A stretch of DNA of 64,000 bases from Tubiluchus corallicola. Its lineage: Eukaryota; Animalia; Priapulida. This document shows, piece by piece, positions 28,440 to 40,591 of this stretch (within the stretch, counting starts at the first letter, position 1; every line of letters begins with the position of its first letter). The notes below the pieces were generated by a model. That model was not told where the DNA came from. It saw nothing but the letters and a program-made list of their open reading frames with translations, and did no database searches. Made by a program: the position numbers and the translations under genes. The stretch is taken from positions 372,001 to 436,000 of the forward strand of contig JAQGDQ010000144.1 of assembly GCA_030141605.1 (NCBI GenBank), in the 5' to 3' direction.

Positions 28440-29341
28440 GAGTGGTGCTACGTTAGATAATTGAAGCATCTAAAATGGTGAAAACTTATACGAAAATTTC
28501 CAAACTCAGTTCAAATTCACTTCGAGTTTGAAGTATTCAAGTTCTCATTTGATTCGAAAGTTACAAATTCTATTAGAATTCAAAAGTCAGAAACTCACTT
28601 CAATTCGAATTCGCTTTCTGGTAGAGAATGTTCACTCCTACTCAAAGTATCTCTGAAAATTGTGCAATGAGGCAGGGTATCACAACAGTTTTGTGGATTC
28701 AACCACAAATGGACAGAACCCAAACTAGCAGGATCCTGGGCAAGCACCCCCAGACCCCAGTCAACCTTTGGTTTCTGTAAATAAAATTATAAATAACAGG
28801 TTTGATAACCTGCATCTTCTCAACCTAACACAAGTACTAGCTTTTTCTACTGTAATGCCAGAAGCCTTGTCAGCAAAATGCAAGTTACATTCATTCACTG
28901 TATCCTGACGTTATATGAATTGGATTCGAACGAGCTTTTTTAGTTCGAATTCGATTCGAACCTAAAATTATAGACTCGAATAATTTACCACTTTAGCCAC
29001 ATATGTTCTTTATCATTAAAATGCTTGAAACAGCATGCAATTAGCATAATTTAGCTGTGATTTCTGCACACAATTTTAAAGAAATTACTAGTCGTTTTAT
29101 TGGAGAACAAAATCTAGTGATATGCATGATCTTTGTAAGACCAATTTTTGCTGGTGGTTCGAAAATCTTTCGATCTCAATTCGAATTCGAAACACTGAAG
29201 TTCGGTTTGATTCGAAAGTCACAAATTCGGTTTGTTCGAAAACCCCTATTGTTCGAAAACCTTTCAAACACAATTCAAATTCGAAATACTGAAATTCAGT
29301 TCGATTCGAATTTGCTTTCTGGTAGAGAATGCTCACCCCTA
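28440..29341. mobile_element. Two related partial MITE copies rich in TTCGAA subterminal repeats (~28440-28641 and ~28914-29341)
   Basis: Both end in ttcgaatt(c/t)gctttctggtagagaatg(t/c)tcac(t/c)ccta, a TAGGGGTG-type terminus on the minus strand. Dense ttcgaa/ttcgat motifs. Confidence 0.7.
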
Positions 29342-30789
29342 GTTCCAAATAGTCTTCAATGTATTTACCTGTTTTTCTTCCAGAATCTCTTTCATAAGAA
29401 GGTAAGTACCTTCCTTCTTGATATAAATTGTCTTCAAATGTGGTATAATAGTGTCTGTGCATACAATTTGCGCCGAACTTGCATGTTTGTTGGATAAGTG
29501 GTAGAAATCGGCCGGAATGAGGACATTAAATTTCTGCCTATGTTCGCCCTGAATGAAAGATTACATTTTCAGGTATCCATGATCATGGTGTTTTGAGTTT
29601 GTGAGGCGTCAATCGTGATTCCGAACAGAAGTGGTTACAATATTCGAGCCTCCGACATAGCAGTGTCTAGTTTTTTGTTGGGTTACTCAGCGGCCTCTCT
29701 ACCGTTTCCAGTAAGCACTTTTGGTATAAACCTTTATCATAATTACGGCTGTGTTTCAGTACTTGTCTTGAAGGTGGAACACTTTTAAGTTTTCTTTTAC
29801 AATTCTGCCTGCCCAATGTTATTCCAATAATTACCAACTCTATTTTATTACAAATTTGAAAGTCTTGTGAGCTCAGTGTTTTAACATAGTTTCCTGCTGT
29901 GGCCTTTTAATTCATTTCATCTTTATTGCAAGCAAATTCTAGTTCTACTTCTAAAAAAGGACACATTACTCAAAAACATAAGTAAAAACAGAAATTGGTT
30001 AACATCGAATCATTAACCTCCTGTGCATGTAATAAGTGAATGTTTATTGCTAAGATAACATTGCAATTAGCTGCAGTGCACCTGTGGTTGTTTTTATTTG
30101 CAAATAAGAATGATTTTAATTTCATACTGTCTCTGAATCTTAACAATCCGGTACCCAAAGGATATAATAAAAAGGTTACCCTAGGGTCTGATTTTGCTAC
30201 ACATGTAAACACTAATGTATAGTCTCTAACACTTGTAGAAACCCACATGTTTCACTAAATAGTCTAGTCAGATTTTAGACTTCTCTAACTTTAGACTTAG
30301 TTTAGACTTCGTTAACTTAAGGTTGTTGTGCCAAAGAAACTATACTGCTACTCTTTCACTACCCTCACAGAAAGTGAATATTTATGAATAACCTGACCAT
30401 GATATTTTATCAATTATGTTTACCTGTATTTAAATACTTTGTAATAACTAATCCTTCTGCTATACTGTGGCTCTGTTTGAAACTATGGCTTAGCGAGCCT
30501 GTATAGTTGGTGTTTACCTTCATTGCTACAATGTATCCCAGTATCCAATTTCCGTGTTTACTTTCACACATTTCTTTATAATTGCTGTCACACAAAAAAG
30601 GACTTTACAATCTAAGAGTGGCTTTGTATTTTAGAACATTTATGTCAACAGAATGTGCTTATTTAATTTGTCTGAAAGCGTCAGTGTGTGTTTGTAAGCA
30701 AACACGAAACTATTGCGAGTGAGGTCCACTTTCAATCAGCAATAACTTTAAGTTTACACGTAGTCTGGTCTAAAACTGATTGATATAAA

Positions 30790-30961
30790 TTCATTGTCAC
30801 ACTTGTGTGCTGCTGCATTTGTTAAAAGTTGCTTGACATGACTTATATTGTTAATGTTGTCTGTTTGTCCAAGTATTCATTGTCACACTTGTGTGCTGCT
30901 GCATTTGTTCAAAGTTGCTAGACATGACTTATATTGTTAATGTTGTCTGTTTGTCCGAGTA
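30790..30961. repeat. 86-bp tandem duplication, near identical
   Basis: ttcattgtcacacttgtgtgctgctgcatttgtt...ctgtttgtcc(a/g)agta x2 with ~3 mismatches. Confidence 0.9.
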
Positions 30962-31165
30962 TCTGTATATCATCAAACGTCCGACTTTTATTCATCTGTA
31001 TGTTTGTATATATAGGTATTTTTTAAATACAGTTAAAGCAATGGTTAAATGTTGCTTATATGCAAAGATAAATAAAATTTACGTTTATATTCACACGAGT
31101 TTTATTTCTTGGTTTTAGGTTTAACAAGAAAACAACTATATTGAGTGGTCAAGTTAAGTTAGATA

Positions 31166-34100
31166 ATGAAAGATGGAGATGATTTTATGTCACAGTTTCA
31201 TCAAAATCAGTTAAAGAAATATGAGTTAGCGCTACAGGCACACGTACCATATCGCCTTATTCTTACACTTATGAAAGATGTGAGTTATGTAAATTCTCTG
31301 TAGTTAAATATTAGGCAAAATTGAGCTGCAAATTTATTCATAATTACTTTTTGTTTTCCATTTGTATATACAGTTGTTCAAATGTCATACCCATATTCAT
31401 GCATGACATTGGATTGAAGCAAACAGTTGCATGCATTTCATGAAATTTAGTTTAACTAAACATTGAGAATGCAATTAATAAAATGAATTATAGAATATAT
31501 ATATATATATTTTATAGTGAAATGCATTTTGCAAAACAACCTTGCCGCTTAAAATCTTAAATTATATTATCTCTTCAAACTTATAAAATAAAATTATTGT
31601 TTAAGGCTGTAAATGAGTAATATTTGTTTAACATTTAAATCAAGTTTAGTTGTCATTTTTAGAGGTTTACAATAGCTGAAGTTGAAACCATTCTCTGTGG
31701 CACAAGTGAAGAAGAATGCCTGAGACGATTATTGTGTTACATCTATACTAAACCAGACTGTGCATTCTATGAACTGCTTAATGCATTCGAGGCTGCTGAT
31801 AAACTGAACACACAACTTGGAATTATTACTAGCAAACTGCGACATACTGACTGTATAGACACCAATGAACGTACGTATTGTAGCGTAACACTAGCTATTG
31901 ATTAAATAATTTTAAAAGCTGTAATTGTTTACTTTCAGTAGTTCACGATGGCCCCAAAAATTTAATCTTAAAAGACAATAGCTTAGTTGAAACAAATATC
32001 AATCTGCATTTTGGGAAACTGATATGAATTTTTAATGCCATTTTCACTAAACTTATATAACTTAGTTTAAATGAAAATATGCTAATAGTTTATATTAATT
32101 TAAAAAGTTGCTGAAATTCATCATTAATCTACAACCATTTTTTAACAAATTGAGTTATCTTCTTGTTAATGCAATGATCGGACTTGGGCGATTAGCATTG
32201 TACAGCAGTAACTCGTTATTTGAAAGAAATTTGCTCCAAATTTCTGTCTAAATCATGAAACTTGACCACGACCATCCTCTTCTTCGAAGGCTTTAAACAT
32301 TGACAAATATTTGTCATAAATGTCTGTGATTAAGTTCAACATAAAACCTCTACTGCCACATTAGCAACTTAAATTCTTTAACATGAGCTGAGTGAGCAAT
32401 ATAAACTGCTTGCATTTGCATGCCTATGTATTTGAGTGCTAAGATGTTGATTAGAAAATTAGTTTATATTAATACATCCATCTTTGTTTGGGAGAGTTAT
32501 TTTATAGCTTTCAATAAATCTCTTTTTAGTAAGAGGGCCAGTTCAAGTTGTTGATGAATCTAGTCATGAAGAATTGGATGGATCTATGCTCACAGGTTTT
32601 TATATAATTGAAATTTTTCAAGTGTTTTAGTTAGATAGGGTGTGTAGTACGTTGGTCTATAATAGTAAATAAGTTAGTACAGGGTTTATTAGCACTCACT
32701 TCCAGGTCACTGCATGCAGTGAGTTTACACTAATAAAGGATATGACAATTTAAAAATAATAACATATAAGAAAACTAATCAAAATATTTAAGTCTCATTT
32801 GTAGAGTAAAGTTATTAACAGACGTTTAAATGTGGAATAGCTGAATAAAAGTTGCAATTACTTCTGCAGAATTCTTCAGAATCACAATTGCAGTGTTGTT
32901 GGTTGATGTTGAAATGAACGCACAATTATTTGTTTGCATAATTTCAATTGACAGTTTAATGAGTAATGATTTGGAATAAACCACATTTACAAAATTTTTA
33001 TGAAGAACTCATCATGCATATTTTTGTGCTACAGAGGTAGATTCCGTGAAAGAACCGAAGTCTTCGGGGAAACTTATTGAAGGTTTAAATCCGAGCTGTT
33101 TTATAGATGATATCCAGTCTTATACGATGAGTCAAACTGAAACAATTGAGCGTAATATCCCATCTGCAAGTGCAGAGGATGATAATGATGAATCCTCGGA
33201 TTATGATAGTTCAACACCAGAAGAAGGCAATGCAGAGCGAGTAATTGTGAAACCAGTAACGAACTTGTGGTCGCCTATAAATATTTTAGCTCCAATTTGG
33301 TGGTGCTCAAATCGCCAATACATCAAAAATTTACCTCTTGTGACTGTTGAAGGTATAGAACAAGCGAGAGGAGAAGGTGGTGTTGATAAAAGCGAAAAAG
33401 ATTATTGTTTTGCTAGTGTGACAACTCGGAAAAAAATTGACAGTGGTGTTAGTGAAACTGTTGACTGCGAACATTTTTCTAAGTTAAAAGATCTTCCTGA
33501 GTTTTCATTATCAGACTTGGCAGCTTTTACCAGCTATTTGCAGTTTTCACAAGATGAGCGCAAGGAATTAGACACGGTAAATAGCTTTACTAGTGCTGTG
33601 CTTATACGAGAATTATAAATATGCAAATGACATTTGTGAATGAAAAGTAGCTTACTAGAAGTCTTGGCATAGCTTAGGCTGTATCCCTCTACCTTAGGAG
33701 TCCTGGTGATTGCTTATATATACTTGTCCAACTGCCCCTGGCTCTTGAGATATATGAAGTTTTTTTAATATTCCTTTGTACTTTCCCAACAAATGGTCAA
33801 ACAAGTTATATGTATTTTCAGAGCAAAATTAGATATTTAACGATAAATAATCGTACCATGGTCTGACATGGGGCATGAAAACTAACAAGCCAGTTAGACC
33901 ATCAAGCGTCAAAAGGTAGCCTCTCACACATACTCGAGCAAAAAATGCTATGATGAATTAATGAGTGTCCAGTGTGCACAAAGTTTCTTGTTTCTGTGAA
34001 GGTAGTGAAACTATTCAGTCTGTTCTCATATATCTATGTTTTAATGTGTTTTTGCTGATCATTTGTTTATTTGCTTTGTAATTTCACTTATCATCACCAT

Positions 34101-36127
34101 ATGTGTGTGAGCCCTATATGCATTAGTTAGATCGTCATTTTAATTTTAATTTTACTAATTTACGGATGATAGTTCAATCCCTCAACACAGATTAAAACAT
34201 ACCTACAGTCAGCCTTTTCAAAAGAGAGATTAAGTAATTTGGTGATGCTGCCTATAGAAAATGATGTTACAAAAACTATTGACTTTGAAATGCACAAGAA
34301 AAAATGCCAGAAAAGTCTGTTTCTAGAAGGCCTATGCACAAACAATATGTCAGTAATTACTGTGGCTTGTAATGAAATTTTAAAACTTTCATGTGGGCTC
34401 TCAATTTTTAGTATATCATTGTGGCATAATGCACAGAGAACTAAACTGGTTACCACTGGAAATCCGACGGCTTATGTATTAAATGCTTAAAAGTGACCCA
34501 AATCATTTAAATCAACACTTTTTTTGAATATTTGCATCAGTGTCGAACCAGGTCAGCCACAAAAAATGAATTACAAATGCTGTTATGCCAAACACCAGCT
34601 GGACAAAAATCTTTAAAATACAGGCTAAAGTACAGACTTTTTTGCCAAATGAATTAAGAAACAGTAGCAATATTATTTGTTTAAAGGTCGTTGTTAAAAA
34701 AAATACGTACTGTAGTAGGCCAGTAAGTTGAACTAAAAGTATGAATGTGACGTCACGGCTGGCTTCTCTCTATTCTTTCTATACCTAAACAGGTTAGCGA
34801 GTCAGTATCGGTTTTGATACGAAGCAGGGCTGAAATATTGCTGTTATAATTCTTTTTCTATACCGTTATGACACTACTTCGAATTAAAATAAAATTTTAA
34901 AAATAAGTTACAAACGAGTGCGAGCAATTTGTCAAGAACAGTCATCTTAAAGCTTTTTATCAAGAGAGTTATTTTAATTAAATGTATTGTGCTTTTTAGT
35001 CTCGTCTGTTTCTGCCATTTAAATTTCTTCTTTTTGTTCAGATGTTTTTGTATTAGCCTGAATATTGTTTCTGAATTTTGATTTTCAGTGTTTTTGCTTT
35101 TAATATTATTGCTTCATTGCATTTATATTAGCTATGTTTTATGACACTTTTTCATTTACTTGTAATCTTAGCTTTTTTAGTTTTTTTAATTTTTGGATTT
35201 TTATTGTAAGTGCTTTTTTTATTGCTTTCATTTCTGATTTTTTAGCTGTGCATTGCATAACAGTCTTTCAATTGCTTGTATTTTTATTTGGCCTTTCTAA
35301 CATGTCAAAGCTTTTTTGCTTTGTTTGCTTTTTTGAGGTATTTTGCGATTGTAATCTTAACTTTCTTTTTTGTGTTTCTGCTTATTTTTTATGTTTTAGG
35401 TCACAATGTTTGTACGATTTTTGTGTATGTCCGCAAATTTTTATGTTTGTATCCTTACATGTATTTATTTTTCTTAATTTTAGTTTTAAAACCTCCAATC
35501 AGGTTATAAACGAGCTTTGCTGAATCAAGTTTTCTTGAATGAATATCTTATCTTATCTTATCTTGTGGCTTATGGTGGAGCCTCAAGCACACAACAGTTT
35601 TTGGCTAAGACTGATGTACTACGTGAAGCATAAAATATCAAATTTCAGCTTTTGTAGGGTAAATGGCTTCACTAACAAGTTTCTAGTTGTGCCCCGTATG
35701 TCCTAGTACTGGTCCTGCGAACAAACAACTGATGCAGTAAATAATCTTTTTTTATTTTCTTGACTAAAATGTGTTCTGCAAATTTAACAATTACATAATT
35801 AGGTTAGGCTTTAAGTTTAAGGAAGTGTCATTTTTTATTTACATTTTCATTTTTAAATACATATTAAAATGGGTTGGCGCCACGTAGAAAAATGTTTGAC
35901 ACACATGTAGTTTATGTAAGCAGTAAATATTTAATTATTTTGTATCATAATTTCAGCTTCCTAACATGTACAGTCCTTCTTGTTTGCTTTGGCACTGTCT
36001 GAAGACGAAGAAAATTCCACTAAACCAGCTAATAGAAGCCTTGGAACATAGTTTAGTCAAACGAGACGATTTAGCTGTAGCATTAGCCAACATGGCACAC
36101 TGTGGAAGAGATTTGTCACCCTCATGA
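31166..36127 (+). CDS. Death-fold adaptor: N-terminal CARD-like domain, acidic linker, C-terminal death domain (RAIDD/CRADD-like architecture), ~366 aa
   Basis: Phase-consistent GT-AG exons 31166-31279, 31663-31870, 32530-32595, 33035-33576, 35957-36127 (1101 nt). The N-terminus MSQFHQNQLKKYELALQAHVPYRLILTLMKDRFTIAEVETILCGTSEEECLRRLLCYIYTKPDCAFYELLNAF fits the CARD helical pattern. The C-terminus LSDLAAFTSYLQFSQDERKELDTLPNMYSPSCLLWHCLKTKKIPLNQLIEALEHSLVKRDDLAVAL fits the DD pattern. The gene model is strong; the domain calls are by eye. Confidence 0.72.
34185..34320 (+). mobile_element. hAT transposase C-terminal dimerisation-domain remnant
   Basis: Translation IKTYLQSAFSKERLSNLVMLPIENDVTKTIDFE resembles the hATC consensus IKTYLRSTMSQERLSNLALLSIE. 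Lies in the last intron of the CARD-DD gene. Confidence 0.75.
34900..35565 (+). mobile_element. Probable LINE 3' end: T-rich 3'UTR with (ATCTT)n tail
   Basis: Long T-rich tract ending gaatgaat-atcttatcttatcttatctt, a short tandem tail typical of L2/CR1-group elements. Confidence 0.5.
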
Positions 36128-36505
36128 AGTTACCTCAGCAATTTTCTACTATATTGGCCTGTGATGTCAAAATATAATCAGATACTTACTTCACAGCTCA
36201 TTTATTTACTTACTTCACAGCTCGTTTGTTTAGCAGCTTAGTTGTTGTAGAGATGTCCTAAATTAAGTAATGATTCTTTGTTGTCTTCCATGGTTGGGAG
36301 AATAACATATTGCAATAGTGTGGACGAGTAATTGTCTGTAATGACCTTGAAGTGTCTACTGTTTGATTGTTAACTTTAGAAACGTGGCATTATCATTAGA
36401 TGATTGTCGTTTGCAAAGTAATTCTAAAGAAAGTATTTTTGCCTAAAATTATATCAGTACTTGTACTTGTTTATACGCGCTTATGTGTCATTGACAGAGA
36501 AGTAC

Positions 36506-37155
36506 TAGAGCACATCGATTTAATCGGTTTTTGCGAATATCGAATATTTTTCTAGTAATCGGTAATCAGCCGATTATGTTTCTAATAATTCGCTGATTAT
36601 TGTAAATAATTGTTTAAAAATGTCAGAAATATTCTGTGAAGAAACTTGGTAAAAATACAATGAGTAATCAATTAAACAATTAAAAGCCTTTGAACTTTTC
36701 TGAGTTTGGAATTATGATGGAAATTCTGTGTAATACTTATTGGTGAGTCATGTAGCGATGACAGCACAGGAAATCGTTTTTATTTACACACATAGCACCT
36801 AGCGAAAACAAAAGAAGAGAAATAAACACGTGCTTTGTTTCATCTACTAACGTCTGTTAACGCGTTTCACTGGTAATTTTTTAAGCTATAAGGAATTATT
36901 AAGGATGGCAACAAACAAAACTACTAGAGGGTGCAGTGTTTGTAAAATAAAAGCAGGTGACGAGAGTCTAGTTACTCTAGTAAATAGCAGCTATACAAAA
37001 TCTAATTTCAAATGTGAATTAACACTTTATTTACATGTTGCACAAGTTTAAACACAAAAACAGCGTTTAACAAAATGGTCTACCAATTTTTTAAATAAAT
37101 GGTAAACTAATCGGTAATCAGCCGATTATTTTTTCTAATCAGTTGCCCACTTCTA
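36506..37155. mobile_element. Non-autonomous hAT-type element (650 bp)
   Basis: TAG...CTA termini; 8-bp TSD agaagtac / acaagtac (7/8); subterminal aatcggtaatcagccgattat near both ends. Confidence 0.75.
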
Positions 37156-40100
37156 ACAAGTACAACTCACTAGTTGGATGAGTGAAGTAGTTGAGTGCTT
37201 ACTAACTGAAGTTACTCAGTGCTGGGCCTGGTCGGTAAATGTAAGAGTGATCCAACAAAGTACCTCTTAGAGGCTTCATCTGCTACTGTTTATCTCGTTG
37301 ACAGAGTGTACTATACACATAGTAATCGCCAGCATAATAAGTAGGCCTTGCCGCTGAATGCTTAGAACAGCTCACAATGTGTGTTGAACTCTATAAAAAA
37401 TAGATTGTTTACTTTGATTACTTTTTACTTTCCTTTTTCTCATTCAAATTTTGTGCTGCAGCTACTGTGCTTTAAAAAGCAAGGTATCTAATAGAAGACT
37501 TTTGCTAGTCCACATCGACTGTGTGTTTAACACTAAGTAAATCAATGAGAGGTGATAGTTCTTGTAAAGACAAAATTCGCAATGTGTTGTAATGAAAATA
37601 CTACAATACCTGGCCTAACCAATGTTTCTCTCACCTGGTTGCCTTCGTTACTCATTCTTCCATAGCAGCGTTGTTCACTCAGTTACTATCCTTCAATCGC
37701 TTTTGTTTTAGGCTGCCCAGTTCATTTTCAATGTAAAAATGAAAATCTGCATTTTGGCAGAGACACAAGTATGCTCTATCAACTTGCATTTTTCAGTTTA
37801 AGTATAATTGTTGATCATAGTTCCTGTATTTCTTCTATAGTTTAGTAGTTAAAGCAAAATATAAAACTAGTTAATTAGAAGCTTAGATCATTTGTTTCAA
37901 GTATAAATGTTTTATTTTAAAGCACTTTGTTCATTTCTCTGAGAAGTCTCTTTTCTTATAAATAGTGCTATTATATACATGACAGCAATAGATATTTGTG
38001 CAATGCAATACAGCCTCACATATGTAATGTCTGCATGCACTGTTTTGTTGTTATTGGATGAAAATTATTCTATTTGTCACATTGTTACATCATTATACAG
38101 TATTTTCAAGAGTACTATAGTGCTTTTAAGACATAAGTATGTCTTAGCAAGTTAGTTATGTTCAGAACAGTTTGTTTGGTTTTGACATTCTTAAACGAGC
38201 TTATTCAGTTTACTGATCCGCTTTGTTTCATTTATCATTAGCATAATATGGAGTACAGTACTCAGCTGCTTCTTTTATTGAAAAGCACATATTGCCATTC
38301 TTTAAAAAAATCATTAAATTTCTTGGTGGAGATAATATATACTAAATTTGGTAATTTTTTTGTGAAGCTTGAAGGGTACTGTCAAATATGCTGTACTGAA
38401 ATATATGCAATTCATAGTCCCAGTAGATGTGATATTAGATATTTCTCCTTGTGTTGGAGTTAAAAAATGGTATTCTTCCATTATATTTTATAGAATAGTT
38501 TATAGTTTAATTTAACATGACATCATCTTGTTATATGTAATAATGTATAGATTAAATTAATATATGACTTTTTACAAATAGAATTTGCTAATATGCTTTT
38601 TATTTATTTTGTTTTTTGAAGTTAATTGAATGTACTGAATTACTTGTAACCTTTATAAATACTATATCTTTATTACTAATAATGGTATCCTTTAAGCTTT
38701 CAGAAGTTTTCAAAGTTTAATTTAACCATTCTGAGTCTTTTCATGTGCTAGCAACATTAAGAAATTGTTTGGACGCAAACAGTTTACATTAAGAACACAA
38801 CACACAAAGAACACTTATTGGAACAAACTTTTTTCAAAGGCCACTTCTAAACATTGGTCAATAAATGTGAATTTAATAATAAATGTGTAGCTCTTGGTAT
38901 GGCAGTAATGAACCATGTTTCTTCAAGGCAAAAAAATTTAACCACATATGTGAGACCCTGACATATAAACAGAAATTTAGAATTGTTACATCGGAGGGCT
39001 GCAATAAGAAATATAAACTGATGTAAAGCAAAATTTGCTAAGATGCATAAAATCACTTATTAGCTAAGTAAAGTTTAGCAACACTGGGCCTGGTTAATAG
39101 AGAGGTGGGACTGTCGGGAAAATTGCTTTTAGATGCTTTTATTTGCCATATTATTTATTTCTGTGAGTGTAGACCCGAACATGAATCTGATGCCCCTATA
39201 ACTTGAACATTTATCCTATAATATGGTGATGAGATCAGTTCTCGTTCTACCATACCTTTCAAAATTATAAGTAAGCCAGTATTCAAAGCTGGATATCTGG
39301 CTCTTTGTGCATCAGTATTACTGAACAGATACTATATGTCATCACTAGAGCACATTTGTTGCTTTGACTTATCGTGAGTTTCAAACCGAAAAAGTGTCAT
39401 TTTCAAAGTTGTTGTAACAGAGTATTGTTATCCAACAAGGAATCTAAACTTGCAAATTTGTAACAACGTCATTTTTAAGGTTTTTAATTTACTAGCGCTT
39501 GTTTATTTAATCAGAAAGGTAACTAATTTTCATTTTCAAGTTGTTCAAGACAGTGTATGGTACTTTATTAGTATTTCAGTCTATTATACATTAGTTGTAG
39601 GAAAGCTCAAGATTTTTAACAGTGCAATTTATAGTCTGATAAGTGACTGATAACCTAGTCAGTCTTAGTAAAATTGGCTATGTTAAAGTATAGTATCACA
39701 TACTGCTAAATGAGGACGCAAGTCATTTCCCATGTACATATAAGAAATATTTTGATAGCTGAAATAAGTGTGATATACAGTATGTTTATTTATCAATAGG
39801 CAAAAACTACAAAACAACCTTCATAAAAATGTTGACATACCTGTTAAAATGTGCACAGGTGCATAAGTATTGTACAATAAATAATCTGACAAAGATACAA
39901 TATGAATATAAATGATAGTAGCAATGTATACAATAATATGAGTATGACAATATAAAAATGTACAAGATAAAATAAAATATAATATGTATATAAACCTTAC
40001 TCTTTGTGTGATACTCGAACAGGTCCAGGCAATGTTTTGGTTTCAAAGTGAAAACCAAGCAAAAGATAAAACAATATTGTAACAATCTTTAATAGTAATA

Positions 40101-40591
40101 AAATAGCAAACAATTATGCAGAACAGTGTCACAAATAATGTAACAAAATGAAGTTTAGTAGAATAAAGTAAAACAAAGATAACAACTCAACATTTTAACT
40201 AATTTTTTCAAAGTTACCATGCTCATGCACATACAGAAACAAGAGCTTGTACATAATATTATTATTTGCCTTTTACCACATGTATTGCACATTTCCAAAA
40301 TGACTAGTGTACAGAATAAATAAATAGTTTGCTCAGTTATTATCGATACTTTTAATTTTCATTTTTATTAAAGTTCGGAAAGAAACTGAATAAGAAGGTA
40401 TCGTACTATTCTAAAACTGAGGTCACTAAATGGCAAGTCAGTGACCATTGCTAATTGGAAGACCTGCTTAGTTATCATCCAGCTATTTCCGATACAATTT
40501 TGTGTGCATAAAATAAAAGGTAAATATTAAATACATACAATATAATAACATTATATTTATATATATCAATTAATTAAGCATTTAGGAATTT

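Noticed and set aside
28440-29341. TTCGAA arrays as heat-shock elements for the divergent promoter
   Set aside because: Spacing is mostly TTCGAA, not the nTTCnnGAAn pentamer phasing; better explained as subterminal transposon repeats.
29057-29497. Overlapping 146-aa and 121-aa ORFs
   Set aside because: They derive from a palindrome-rich MITE and have no protein-like features.
35134-35523. Phe-rich 129-aa 'membrane protein' ORF
   Set aside because: T-rich low-complexity retroelement tail inside an intron.
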